DNA from: Moniliella sp. 'wahieum' | Lineage: Eukaryota | Length of the DNA: 64,000 nucleotides | Reading direction: 5' to 3' | Assembly: GCA_003971905.1 (NCBI GenBank) | Contig: RSEE01000026.1 | Coordinates: 124,001-188,000 of the forward strand | In this document: positions 36,485 to 49,601 of the stretch, piece by piece | How positions within the stretch are numbered: the stretch's first letter is position 1 | How the letters are laid out: each line of letters begins with the position of its first letter | The notes under the pieces: model-generated | Database searches by the model: none | Seen by the model: only the letters and a program-made list of their open reading frames with translations | Told to the model about the DNA's origin: nothing | Program-made: the position numbers and the translations under genes

Positions 36485-38607
36485 TCACTCCTTTGGTCTT
36501 GGCGAGGGGGCAAAGCGGAGAGGCAAAACAACATTCTCACCTGGATTGATAGCAAGGAAGATAGGATCATTCCCGGATGGGTTATCAGGGAGCGGCGTAT
36601 CTAATGAACGAGCGAAGTTGACATGCCAGTCGCGGCAGGCCTGGCGAAGGCGGTGAAGAGAACGGCGCGCTTCGTCCGGATCCCCCACAAAGGTAGCCCA
36701 ATGGATGGCCAAGGCTACGGCCGGAGGACTGTTCTGGTCACTTGGACGGCGAAGGTCCATAAGGCGGAAGCAGCGGACCGCGTCCCGCGGTGTCATGTGG
36801 TTCGCGGCCGTCACCCCCTCATGCACGCCACAGGGAAAAGGGGACCAACCCGCAGGGAATGGGTCAAACCCTTTGAGGAAACTCAATGTTGCACCCACAC
36901 TGATGGGAAGCATGTTTAGATCAGGAGGACCCAGGCGAGTTGAAATCTCCTCAAAAGCGGGGCAACGGGGTACTTGTCTTCCGTTTGCGGTACACGACCT
37001 GAGCCCCTGTCCCGAGTGATAGGGAAAGTGGTCATAGTCCTTTCACCTCGGGGTCTTGGCCTGGGGGGGATAGGAGGGGGAAGCTCGGAGGCGGGAGAAT
37101 CGATTGCCACTGGCGAAGATGAAGAATCGGGAAAAACAGTAGTGACGGAGGTATTCAGACGGGGTGGGGCATGCGCATGTCTATGCGGGAAATGGGATGT
37201 CGCATCGTGGAGAAAAGGTGGATCCTCCACCTCTGAGGAAACGGAGCTGTCGGTTGGAGAAGATTTGTCACGCAGTCGATCCTCTCTCAAGCGAGCGAAA
37301 GGTGGTTTGGGTAGAGAGAACGGAGGCTGGCTGTTCTTCGCCTGTGCGTGGTGAGGGTCCTTCCTCTTCAACGTACTTAAAGACCCCGCGGAGTGAGAAC
37401 TTTCTTTACTCTGGACTCCACGAGATGAGAGAAGTTCTTCCCTCCTAGATTAGGTGCAGCAGTTTGACTCCGGGGAGGGCGATGTGGCCTGTATGGGATG
37501 GGGGACGAATCGCTTTCGGTCCCGTCCTCCTTTTTGGCTGTAGAGGGGTCGTGGAATTGAAAACCAGTATCGCCAGCGAAGAAGGCACGGAAGCTCTTGC
37601 CCTGGTCACCGGCAGCGATGGGTGGACGAGAGTAGGTGATATACCAGCTGCTCCACAAAGTAGAATCGGCATCAATCCCTGCTCGACCGGATCCATGCTG
37701 AGCAGGGGTGCAAGTAACCTTAACGGTTACCTCCTCCTCCTCCTCCATTTTCTCTTCAACCGTGTGCTTCTTTCTTGGGGGAAAAAAAGAACCGCCTCAT
37801 CCCACCAGTCGCACTCGAGCACATTATCCTCCTCCAATCCATGCTCTGTCAGGGAAGAAACGAACCACGCCTTGTTTCCAAGGGGAACAAAAAACTTGAT
37901 GTTGGGTCCGTTCGCAGCAAGGAGTGCGACAATTGTGTCAAAGTCCAAATGGTCATAGTGGGAGTGGGAAATCAAAACGAGATCAATCGGAGGTAGGTCT
38001 TCAACTGCAATTGGCACATCAAGAGACCGACGTGGACCAAAACGCTGTGTGGGGAGCAACGCTCCGAGAAGATGGGGTCAAAGAGTAAACGTAGTACCCC
38101 ATCTTTGGGAGAAGGAACAGGCAGTTCCAGCAGCACACTTGCATGACCAATCCACGTAGTTCGCGTCTCGTCTCGCCTAAGTGAGGAGGGCCACGAGGTG
38201 AGGAATTGGGTAGCGACCTGGTGCGTTGCGGACTGATCTTGGAGGGGCGGGGGCAGCGGCGAACTTTTCTCCTCCTGGTCCAAGCTGGGCCGGGCACTAG
38301 ACAGGGGCGAGTCAACCCATTCACCAGGCATGTTCTGTTCGGTATCTTGCACTGGATCCGTGCGACTGGGGCTCGCCTGAGCGCCACCGCCCCACTGGAG
38401 CCCGGACCAAAGTTGGAGCGGGCTGGGGTGGTGCCAGCTGCGCCAGGGGTTGCGGAATCCGGTGCGCACAGCATGCGCGGATGCCGTGTAGCGGGCAGAC
38501 GAGGGCTGGGCACCTTTACGTGCGGCCGGTGAGTTGCCGGCCGAGGCAGAGGCAACCCAGCTGGCTAGCCCCAGTGCGGGGGCCGGGAGCCAGGGGGCGG
38601 TGGGCAT
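36485..38607 (-). CDS. N-acyl-phosphatidylethanolamine phospholipase D-like metallo-beta-lactamase (NAPE-PLD/Fmp30 family)
   Basis: GFRNPW, TWIGHASVL, FDPIFSERCSP, LPPIDLVLISHSHYDHLD, TPAQHGSGR, LWSSW, FFAGDTG, HMTPRDAV and AIHWATF. Confidence 0.93.
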
Positions 38608-39175
38608 TGTGACATGGTGGGGGGGCGGGGTTAGTATATGCGGGGAAAAACGGAGTGCGTAGACGGCATGCGCTGCGTACCCGGGCGCATGCTGACGGCC
38701 GCTGGCCGCATCCATCGCGCGGTGGGAGTGCGTGAAGCGGGTGGTGGGAGGAGAAGCGCAACCGCACAGCAGAGCCCGAGCGGATTCGGACGATTCGGAG
38801 CCCGCTCGGCGGGTTGGCGGTCGCCTGCAGGGGGGACGGGCGGTGCTTCCACGGATCTGCTCCACGTGCTTGGCTGTCGCTCGCCCCGCCGCACCGCGCC
38901 AGTGTTGTGCTCTGCTGAGGTAATTGCTTCCACCTCCGACCCGGGTTTTCAGCTGAGCGGGCCGCTTCAGCTTCATCGAGCTTCACCATGCATCATGCAT
39001 CATGCACCATCTGTCTGCATCATCCATCATGCATCATGCCAGCCGCTGGCCAGCGTTGAGCGTGTTGAACGTTCAAAAACCCACCGGCGTCTACACGCGG
39101 CTCTCAACCCTCCGAGGAGGAACACAGTCGCACCAGAGTCCCGTCCTTTCGCCCTGCAGCCGCCCCGCCCTCTGG

Positions 39176-40131
39176 ATGGCCACACCAACCACGCCCTCGG
39201 GACCCACGCTCGAACTACTGCTCGTCCGGCACGGGGAGACCGAGGCCAACGTGGCCAAAGTTCTGCAGGGCCTCACTGACTCACCCCTTACCCCCAGGGG
39301 GGAAGCTCAGGTGCGTCGCCTGGGCCAGCACTTTGCCACCAACTACACATTTCTCAGTGCTCAATCCAAGAAGAAGCCCATCCACCTCGTTGTAGCAAGC
39401 CCCCTGGGCCGTACTAAACGCACAGCCCAGGCGGTTCTGCACGCCTGGCACTGTTCTTCTTCACATCTCCCCTCGCCCGAGGAAGGGGAGGACCGGCTAA
39501 GAGTCGTGTCGGATCTGATACGTGCTTGGTCACAGGGACGCGGGATGCACTTTGTTGACGCCGGATTAGCAGAACGCTCGTTCGGTGCAAGAGAGGGCAA
39601 GTGCCGTGGAGTACGTGTTGCTGGATTTGAAGGAGGGGAAGGTGCAGGCGAATCGCAAGCAGACTTTGCTTGCCGTGTTAAACAAACAGCTGTGAAGTGG
39701 ATTGATATTGCCCTGAAGGCGTGCATGGACATGGCACTGCCACCGGACAGACGCCCTTCTGAGTCGAATCCTTCTTTGCCATTGGCCTCCAAGGCACCAG
39801 ATGTGGTGAGAATTGTGATCGTCAGCCATGGACTATGGATCAGGAAGTTCGCCTCCGTTTTTGTACCCATGGTCTGCCTGGGTCGGGGTTCCTAGTCAAC
39901 ACGTCGATCACTACATTTACTCTTTCCTCTCTCAGTCTCAAACCGGAAGGGAAATCCCTCATGGATGCAGCCACGTTGGGAACGAAGCGGCCTGCCAGCC
40001 CCCACGATGACGCTCCAGAGAAGAGCGTTGCACCACCTCGTCTGCATTTACCGAAAAGGATAACAAGAAGAACAACGCACCATGCTCGCTCGAAGGGAAT
40101 TACCTCTGGCATTGGCTGTGCAGGGGACTAA
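39176..40131 (+). CDS. Histidine phosphatase, phosphoglycerate mutase family (TIGAR-like)
   Basis: LLVRHGETEAN..LQGLTDSPLT, ASPLGRTKRTA, LAERSFG..EG, GESQADF, IVSHGLWI and NTSIT. 3' end approximate. Confidence 0.9.
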
Positions 40132-40685
40132 CGAACTCCTCACCTCAAACTGCCAGGGGTGCATCCAGATACCCGTCAATCGACCTTGCGAACGTTTTTG
40201 CAGCCCAAACGATGAGTCCTGCCTCTTAGCCATTGTAAAGTGATGGCCTTTCTATGCTGCCACGCAGGCCACTCACATGTTGATGTGTCCCACCCTAAAC
40301 TATGCTGATCGAGGTTACCATGATCCTTGTGAGAATGCTGCACATATATGCTTTGATAAAGTTTTGCGGCACCGCTGGGGAGTTGGACAGAATTGTGTTA
40401 CAGGGAATACCCATAACAAGTATAAATCCCAGATGCCATTTGGGCCTATTGTGTCCAGGAGGCTTAACAGCGTGCATGCGATTTGAGCGCCGAGCCAATG
40501 AATCGAACATATGCAAATGGGGTGGATTGTGCAGGAAAAAAACGGAGCAGGATGATGGCCTAGTGTAGGAAAGAGACAGGAAACGGGAATAACAGGGCTG
40601 GTGAGCCAATGCAACGGAAAGACACAGGGGGGGAATAAATGAGTGTCGATGGCCAGGCAAGTAGACGAAATTGTGTACGCCGCGG

Positions 40686-43280
40686 TTAAAACGCAGTCAG
40701 CGCCCACCTTCTCGATGGGCGCAGCTTATGGAGTTTGACCTGGCCCAACTCCACCTCGTTACCCACGTCCTCTTCGCCCAACTCATTGTAGGAGAGGTCC
40801 TCGTAATTGTGCCAACGGCTCTTGGACGAAGGACCGGGGGAGAGGTACTCCTTGTCCACCATAGCTCGGACCTGACCTGCGTGATACTTGATCCTGTTCC
40901 AAAGGCCGCGGGCGGATGTGTGGCCAACTTGGGCTTTACCTCGAGAGCAGCAAAATCGGTGCTCAGGCTGGCCAAGGTGGGCATGTTGTTCAGGTGGTGG
41001 TCATGCAGAGTGGCATCCATGGCTTCTTGGTACTCGTCCAGCGTCTGTGTCCTGGATTTGTCATACACTCGTCCCACCGCTCCAATCTTACTTACTGTCT
41101 CGAACATGACGAGAACAACAAGAATGCCGGTATGGACGCCGAGATAGTCGACTGTGCGCCAATCGGCTTTGATCGGGAGACAGAGGAAGACAACCGCGGC
41201 CAAGATCCGTGCAAAGATACGAGAGTGGTAGAGAACCACGCAGAGCCATACAGGTCCAAGCTCTCGTGTAGGCAAGCGATGGAAGCGATGCTGATCAGGG
41301 CGACAGCCAGACCGCCCGAGTAGTACCACAAGGTTCCTTGGTCTACCGTCTCGTTTGAAATCAGCCTAGGGATTACCGAAGAGAGCACAATTACACCACC
41401 GCATAGAGGCGCGTGGATATTGGTGAACTGGAGGGCATGATGGTAGTGTCGCCGTAGAGCATGCACAAAAGTGCGCGAGCCATCTGAGTCAAAGTAGATC
41501 CAAGCCAAAAGGAAAGAGTTGATAATCGTCAAGGACGATCGACCAGCAAGAACATCCCACCCGGTATGACCATGGTGCGCGTATATTCCCGTATAGGCCG
41601 AGTTCATAATCGTTTCCCCAATCACCAGAATCGTGAACAACATCATGCGCTCAGCCATATGCTCCACTGACTGAGCTGGAAAGTGAAAGCGGGACCGCCG
41701 ACGACGTTTGGAAACCTTATGCAAGCCCTTCTGTGCTGCTGCTAGACCAAAGCGGAGGAAGAACTCAAGCAAAACGCCCATCACGGCGAGGCTCATGACG
41801 ACCATTGGGTCACGGCTAAATATAAAGGGGAGAAAACAGGCAGTGCAAACGAGTGTGGCGCAAAGTTGAAGAAGCAGAGCAGCGCGGAAGTTGGGAAGCA
41901 TCACGGCCAACAACCCAAGGATCCACATCTTGAGAAACCGGGCTGTCAGCCAGAAGCTCATGGCACCTTTAAGGAAGATATGCCAATGCTCAGCAAAGTA
42001 GTAAGGACCAAACATATGAGCTTCAGGTCTGGGCGAACCGTCTCCTCCGCGCCCTCGGCACGAGGTAAGTTGGCCAAACGGGTGATGATGCATGGCATTC
42101 CTCGCCGCGGCCGGTGCTTTTTCTTCTGTACTTCCACCCTCTTCAGAAACGAATGTAGCAACTTTGACCCCGCTCGCATTGGAGACAAAGGCGTTGACAA
42201 GGATCATCATGGCCACCAGGTATGCCCTCTGGAAAATATCGTCACTACCACTTTGGTTAACCAGCATACGCTGGTCCAACCATAGAGTCCAGGCGAGGAG
42301 AAACGTGATGGAAAAAAAGGCGACCTGAATGACGCGGGTGGGTGCCATCATGAGGGAATCTGCAATCTTGTGTACCATGGCAACGGCTACTAGGTCGAAA
42401 AAGAGCTCCGTCCGGGACGGCGCTCGCTCGCTCGTTTCCCCAAATAATGGGAACCGTGTACCCATTGCCGGATCATGGGGGGCTTGAACAGATGTGCTAC
42501 TTTGACCGCCACATCTGGTCCCATCACTGCCACGTATTTTCCGGATGATGAATGAGCACGATCAAAGTAGGACTCGTCTTCGCTTTCGTCCTCGTGTTGT
42601 TCGATCCGGTGCCCATTGCTTTCCCGACCTTCTGCTGAGAGCGCATTGGGGAGGATATCCATTGTGTGTTGGCTATTAGCCAATATTTGGATGCGCTTCG
42701 AGTCCTTATTGGTGGCGTTCGTGCTCGTGCTTGTGCTCACACCCACAAATGTATTAGATTCCATAGTAATGGCTTCACTTTGGTCACGATGGCTGAGGTG
42801 CTGCTGGATATGGAAAGGGCGGAGAGAGTCATTTTCTGAATCGGTCGAGACGGCATGCCCACCACCCATATTGACCTCGGCATGTGGCAGGCCGGTAGAC
42901 GCCAGGGTAAGGGGACGGGTAGGTTCAGCCCAGCGGGAATACTGTGCGCGACGAGATGTGGTAGTCCTTATTGCAGCACGGGATGACGGTGAGGCGAGAC
43001 CGGCATTGTCGCGGATATGATGGTTCTTATCGCTGTCGTTCAGGTTATTGCTGTTACTGTCGTTGTTGCTGTTGCCGTCTGTGTCGTTGCTATTGCCGCT
43101 CAAGTGCAGTCTGGAGTCGGATGGGACCAGCACGTGGGTGGCAGTGTGAACCGCATGACTGATGGCCTCGCGTAAATGACTGGAATGGCGTTGAAGTGAC
43201 GAGGGAGGCCGGAAGTGCGCAGGCGAAGAGGGGGGTGCTGCCGACGGAGGAGTGTCCATTGGGTTCTCTTCAGCTGCCAT
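40686..43280 (-). CDS. LtrA (low temperature requirement A) family membrane protein
   Basis: FKPPMIRQW, ELFFDLVAVA, DDIFQR, EHMAERMMLFTILVIGE, WIYFD and HALRRH. Multiple TM segments and a long polar N-terminus. Confidence 0.88.
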
Positions 43281-43780
43281 TGGCGTCGCTTTTGTGCTGG
43301 TGGTTTGGTGTGGCCCCCACATCTTTTTTTGTGTGGTATTCAAAGGTAAAACGCTGTCGCGGAGAGCCGTCCAAAGAATAGTCGCGTGTCGCGCCTGACC
43401 TTCAACCAAAAAAGGGGGAAGCACCTTTTCTAGATCCACTAGACCAAGGCGCCGAGGTAACGGTGGGAATGAGGCAGGCGGTATTGGTGCAGGTGGGGTG
43501 AATGGCAATGTAGTGCCAGGCAAAGTTATATAAAGCGTGTCGTCACTTTTTGTTTAACGTTTTTTTGGTCTCTCGAGATCAGACCTCAGAGTGCGCCAAA
43601 AATTTGCACCAATAGCCCCTTCCGCACGCTGTGGCCCTGAGCGATGCTTCTAGACATCCTGCCACGTTCCCCACTCCGCAGCTCACTGCCTGAGCTCCTT
43701 GGATCTCGATCCCGCGGCTGCCAGTATACTCCGGACACTGCCGGCAGTATATACTCTCTTTTCCTCAATAATATATAGTA

Positions 43781-43980
43781 TAAGTTCTATATCGGAGGGG
43801 GCACCAGAATCCGCGAAAACCCGTATGGCTCGCCCGCCTGAGCGTGACAGCTGGGCGGGGCTGGCTACGCCAACGATCTCTATCTCTAATCTCTAAGTTC
43901 TATATCGGGGGGGCACCAGAATCCGTTAACAACCTTATTGCTCGCCCGCCTGTTGTGCGTGACGCGTGACCGCTGGGCGG
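43781..43980. repeat. Diverged tandem duplication of an approximately 80-bp unit
   Basis: TAAGTTCTATATCGG(A/G)GGGGCACCAGAATCCG...GCTCGCCCGCCTG..GCGTGAC-GCTGGGCGG at 43781 and 43894. Confidence 0.85.
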
Positions 43981-45374
43981 ATGGAAGGTGGATGACAAGG
44001 TCGGAAGGTGAAGGGGAGGCAGCTAAGTGAAGACGAGGGGTTGTCTGTACTGAATCAATTGACTGGAAACGGTCAGGAGTTGGACAGGAAAGGCGGGAAA
44101 AGGACGAGAGAATGGATGGTGGGGAAAATGATCCCCACTGATTGAGCGTGCTGACTGTTGCTGACCCGGCTTTTTGGTAACCCCCTCCTGTCTATAAGCC
44201 CCATAGCGCCCTGGCATAGCTGTTGACATATCCAAGCAGACGAAGCAAATGAAGGCTGCGAAGGCTGCGAAGGCTGCGAATAAGGCTCCGAAGGCACTAA
44301 GAATATCATCCGATAGCACTCCTCGTATTACTTGTGTCTTCCTCATCACACCGACGTCTCACCGGCAGGGTAGATAGTAAGTGACTGTATTATGCCGTGT
44401 GACAGTTATACATGTGAAAATGCGACACGTGTAACGTGCATGTAACATTCAGTGGCCAGGGGACTATCTCAGACCTCCGACATGTTAACGCCACTACGAA
44501 ATAGTTACTAGTACTAGCTTCACGCTTTTCAAGAGCTTCGCTAGCTTCAAGCTTCACGAACGGAGGTTTTCCGGACGCAATTCATTGCCGGTGGAGGTGG
44601 CAAACCGTTTCCGCGGGTGGCTCAACAATAGTAAAAGCATGTGCATTTCGGCCGAAACGTCCCTTCAGTCCCTCCTCTGGCAGGCGTACGAGTTCCGTTG
44701 TTTCTCGCTTCTGGTTTCCTTGTTCCTCTCAGCCGAATGGCCCCTGATGGCGATGATTGGGTTTGATGCATGATGCATGATGGTCCTCTGTCGGCGTCGC
44801 TGGCTGGCTTCTTAGATCACCGCCACAACCAGTGCGATTGCATCACCCTCGAGGACCATCAGGACTCCAGACCTATCGATGCTGCCATGAGTTCTCCCCA
44901 GATATCCCGGCTCTGTGATTCTCAGATCAGGATCAGTGCACGTATGTTGGCCAGTAGGTCCCCGGCGGTATTCTCATACTAGTACTAGTAGCACCTTCTG
45001 TCATTCCTGGCATTGAGCACCAGACAGTAGTCCTTTATTATTACTAGGTGTAGTCAGGATCAGGTACTAACCGTCCTGAGTCTCTATCCTCAATCAGAGG
45101 CTATTACCTGCGGAATGTTTTCCTCTGTAGGGCACTTGCAGCACACAACTTTCGATGGGGTTCGTTTTGAGAGGGTGGATAAGAAAATGAGATCCCAAAG
45201 ATACATTAGCTGACCATATACTACGTGCCCAAGAGAATGGGTGTACAGTATGCCCCAGCAGACAGGCAAGCGTCTTGAAATGGTATAAGCGTCGCGGAAT
45301 CTGTCCACTTGAACGAGTCGGGTTGGCGGCGTAGTTGCCCTTTCCCGGTTTAAGATCTGGGTGGGGGCGGGAGA

Positions 45375-47803
45375 TTACTCATCCCATGTCCCGCATACGT
45401 GGCGATAGTCAGCACGGCGCTGGCGGTCTTGCAAAGCGTGGAGGAACTGATCCAGAGCGCAGAGGCCATCGGGGCGGGCAGGGCAGCCAAGGTCGGACAA
45501 TGGCACAACGGCATCGTTGAGCACATACGGACGTATGTACCGGCACGGTCCTGGTCGGGCCCACACGACAACCGCTCAAATACCATTCGCGCCGCAAAAG
45601 GAACAAGTTGACTGGAGCGGAAACGCGCCTGCTCGTTCTTCCCTTGAGGTGGGGGGAGTGTGTTGAGCTGAACGGCGCCGAGGGCGGCGAGAACGCTGGT
45701 GAGGACACTGTCATGGGTAAAGTCGGCAAAAACACGTTGGCTAGCATCGGTGGGGAAGCGGGTGGGATCAGAGTTGACCGTCGTGTTTTCACTGGTCTGC
45801 GTCGCTTCGTCCCAAGGTTGTTTGTCAGCCTCGCCAAGAATTCGTTGACCCAGCCGATGCCCTGCGCCGCACCGAGCGGGTGCCAGCACCATCGTAGCCG
45901 TGGAATTGCATGTCCCACAAATGTTCGTAGTCGCGCCATTCCTGCGAGGTGAACAGGCCACAGAAGTCGGATTGACCCAAAGCCACCGTTTCGTAGGAGC
46001 AGAGCTGCTGCATCGCATTTATCAACGAAGGAGTAAGTTTTCCATCCCATCGCTCTTCCTCCTTTTGGTCGTGGGAGACGGAGCGGACTTGGACATGCGG
46101 CTGGAGACGTTGCACCGCCTGTTGGAGGGTTGCCTCCTTGAATGCGTTGAGGTTCGCTGCTGTAGTCGCATTGCCCCGGTTAGCCGCCGGGCACGCAAAG
46201 TTACTAGCCAATGTCGTGTTCCACCCCTTGGCCTCTGGGTGAATCTGCAAGTCAATCCGAGGGCGGTTTTCATTTCCAAAGCGGGCGTGGAGGGAGCGGG
46301 ACATGCCGGATGGCGATGCCAGGTCGGCGTCGGGGGGGTACGCAAAATCATTCCACAACTGAGGACCGTAGAATCCCTGTAACCATGCCAGCGCCGAGTC
46401 AACGATCCGCCGCTGCGATCCTGCCCGCACTAATACAGCCCCTGGGGAGGAGGTGCTCCACCCCCATTGCCTCCGACTTGCTTCTCGTCGTTCGGGGATG
46501 GGATCGGGAACATGGCCCTGCGCCCCGCGAAACTGTTCGCCAAAGAGATGGGCGTACTGCATGTGGGCGTGGACCCCGCTGTGGTACAATTGCAAACGGC
46601 CGGGAGGAGTCAACAGTTCCGCGCCAAGCCGATACTGCCACGTTTGAAGAAACGCGAGAGGACCAGAGAAAGAAACGTCACCAAGGTCCCGTGCCCGGGC
46701 CAAGGCGGCGACCGAATGGGCAGGTGAATCGAAGGTGGGGTACCGAGCACCATGGCGGTGGAGAATATGGACTTGGTCGACAGAACACGTCCCTCTGCCA
46801 TTTTCATCTGGCATCAGTGCCGACAGATCACGGTACCGTACATTGTCCACGCCAAAGCCATCAGCTGACCTATAGGGGGAGAGGGGACCCATGTGGGTAA
46901 AAGGCGCCAGCTCTTGTACTTCCTTTGCCCCAGCCACAGCGGTCTGGATCACCTCGTGCCCTCTGGTCTGCGACACGCCCGACGGGAGCGCGGCAGCAGA
47001 TGCCCAAAAGGGCAGCGTGCCCGTTGCCATCGCGCCGGGCAGAGATTTGTACCATATCCCGGCTTCGCCTGGACGTAGATCCAGCAGACCATTTCCTTCT
47101 CCCAGTTCTGCCGCAGGAACCGCATCGGCCTCGACTTGGTGCTCTCTGCCATCTCCCCCATGCTGGTTGTTTCTCCATGACGTGAGTACTGAGCGGTGGG
47201 AAGGGAACAAGGCGAGAATCATCAACAGCACACCAGCCAATAAGAAGGCAATAAAAAACAAAATGCGCGCCCGTCTGCTTTGCTGTAACGCTTGGCGACA
47301 GGATACCAAGTACTCCTCTACCGAACGCTGAACCCCTCCCAGCCAAGTTTGCGTCTGTACCCGAGGTTTGGCACGATCGTGCGTGGAGGATGCTGACATA
47401 CTGTCATGTCCTAACAAGCCAATCTGGTCTTCATCCTCTGGATCATCCATCCCGAGCGCCTGGTATGATGCGCCGTCGTGGCTCTTGGTGGGGGGGGAGG
47501 GAGCGGCATCAGAGGCGAGGGCCTCGGTCCGGCGCAGCTGGTTCAGACTCACTTGAGAGAGCTGATGGCGGTTGACCATCTGGGTGTACAACTGGCTCGC
47601 CGTTAGGGCTGGTGCCTTTCCCTTGCTCTTTGTGCTCCGGGTGGGCGTGCGGCCGACTGAGACGAGGCACCCGGCATGGGATTGGTGGCAGGGCGACTGA
47701 CTGGGGTGCTGGGCTCGGCCTCGTCGTCGGAGCTAAGGCGGAAAACCACGTGCTTGGTGGTGGTGAGGGGGATGGCCTCCTCGGGCCGGGGCTTGCTGGG
47801 CAT
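45375..47803 (-). CDS. Histidine acid phosphatase / phytase with N-terminal TM anchor
   Basis: QVHILHRHGARYPT, LCSYETVALGQSDFC, DFTHDSVL and FRSSQLVPFAARMVFERLSC. TM segment ILFFIAFLLAGVLLMILALF. Start at 47803 assumes a frameshift near 47600. Confidence 0.93.
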
Positions 47804-48047
47804 GATGGTGGCGGTGATGGCGGCGCAGGAATGCGTGCGAGGAGGCGAGAAGTCCTCCCATCGAGGGCTGAGTCTGATTGGTCGGAGTACTCAGTCTGTC
47901 TGAGGATCGGAGGGGCTGCCAGCTGCTGGGTGATGATGACGATGCATGATACATGGCCCTCGCCTGGATTTCAAATTGCAGGTGGGAGCCAGTCGCCCTC
48001 GCCAGCCGGCCACCCGCACTCGATACTCCATCCCACCCGACGCGAGC

Positions 48048-49249
48048 ATGGTCGAGCCCAGCATCCAGGCCGCCGCCGACGTCCTCCGCGCCCTCGACCG
48101 CAGTCTGGACGCGTACCCGCTCCCCCCTGCCTTGCCTGACGACGCGGAGGGTGACGCGGCGTATGCGCCCACCAGCTTGTCGGCGCTGCATGCTCGCCTG
48201 GCCACGCTCCGACCCTCGGCCTACCGCCTCTACTTGGACCCCGCCCGCGTCGTTCCCCTAGCAGACTTTGTCAGCGTCGCACGCAGCTTGGCCTACGGCG
48301 CACCAGACACGATCCACGCCCAGACCCCCGACGCAGCTGGATGGGGACCCGTTTATGACACTTGGTCAGGGTGGGCCCGTGCACTGTTCGCTCCACTCCA
48401 GGTAGCCCGATGGGGATGGCGACGAGCACCGCCCGAGGTCAGCGATGTGAGCGCGGCCAGCTCAAGTGCGAGCTCGAGCGCGAGTGTACGGGAGGAAGCG
48501 CTGAACTGCCAAGTTTGTGGCAGCCGGTCCGAGGTTGGGTCAGTGCTGCGCGGGAGCATCCCGGATTTTCTCCTGAGCCCGAGGGCAAGGTGGCGTGCGA
48601 CACGGCAGTGTTGGACGCCGGTCTGGCAAAGTGGACGCGCACCCCGTCCCCCTCTCTCCCTGCATTTGCTCTTCCACATCAGCCGGGCTGTGCATGGCGG
48701 CTGGGTCCGTGCGACGGTACGTGCGCCCTGCTCTTCAATACAACGTGTACTAACTTCTAACTTCCTCCCTCCCTCCCGCCCTCTTCTGCATCCAGCTGAC
48801 ATCTTTTCACCCCCGAACTACTTCTCTCCCCCCCCGCTCGGGCCGAAGCTGCCGCCTCACTTAGCACCGCCCTCGCTGCTTCGTTGTCCGGGGACACGCT
48901 CCGCATCGGTCCAGACGACGCTTCTGGGGTGGCAGCGGAGGCCGATGCTGCTGCACAGCTGCTCTGGCCGCGGGGGTGGCGGCTTGTCACCCAAGGCGTG
49001 CTGGCCTGCAGCCTGTGTGCGCGCGAGGTGGGGCTACGCGGTACAGCGGCGACGAATGCGACGGTCAGTTTGGACCCAGTCGCGCTTCATGCCGATTTTT
49101 GCCCCTACCGCCACCTCGACGTACCACTCGGTCCGCCCGCCACTGCACCTCTCGTCCTAACTGACGGTCCACACACTGCTGCGGTCCGGCTCCTGGCCGA
49201 GGTATGGGGCGAAGCGACTGAGCCCGGGATAACAGAAGTGAGCACGTAA
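48048..49249 (+). CDS. C3HC zinc-finger protein (Rsm1/Pml39/NIPA-like)
   Basis: RLATL..ARWGW..LNCQVCG and a second module RGW..LACSLCAREVGL..LDPVALHADFCPY. Confidence 0.75.
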
Positions 49250-49601
49250 GGCACAGATGCATTTTCAGCTGAGCTCGCCAAGTTAGGAGATAGTGTCAAC
49301 ATTTTTTTCAGAAGATCTCAGCCCAAGCAACTGGGCAAAGGACACAAGGCTAGGGAGTGACAAGTAGGCATGTGACAACGAGAAGAGTGGGAGCAAGTGC
49401 AATCGAGAATGAAGGATGGGACGCGACGCGACGTGGGTTGAAACGGGAGTCACAAATGAGGGCCTACGATCCGTCAAGCAAGGCACGTAGGATCGTAGGG
49501 ATATTACATCGGGGTGAATCAGTAGGAGACGAGAAAATGATTGGGGCGCGGAGCGGTGCAGATTTGGTGGTGGGCGCCAAAATGGCAATCGGCGCGGTGC
49601 G

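Noticed and set aside
45040..45085. Helitron 3' end (TCAGGA..TCCTGA hairpin then CTAG on the minus strand)
   Set aside because: Only a 6-bp stem, CTAG is common in the local word arrays, and no matching 5' end was established.
36485..49249. Phosphate/lipid metabolic gene cluster (NAPE-PLD, PGM-like, LtrA, phytase)
   Set aside because: No shared pathway, backbone enzyme or regulator. Adjacency alone is not evidence.
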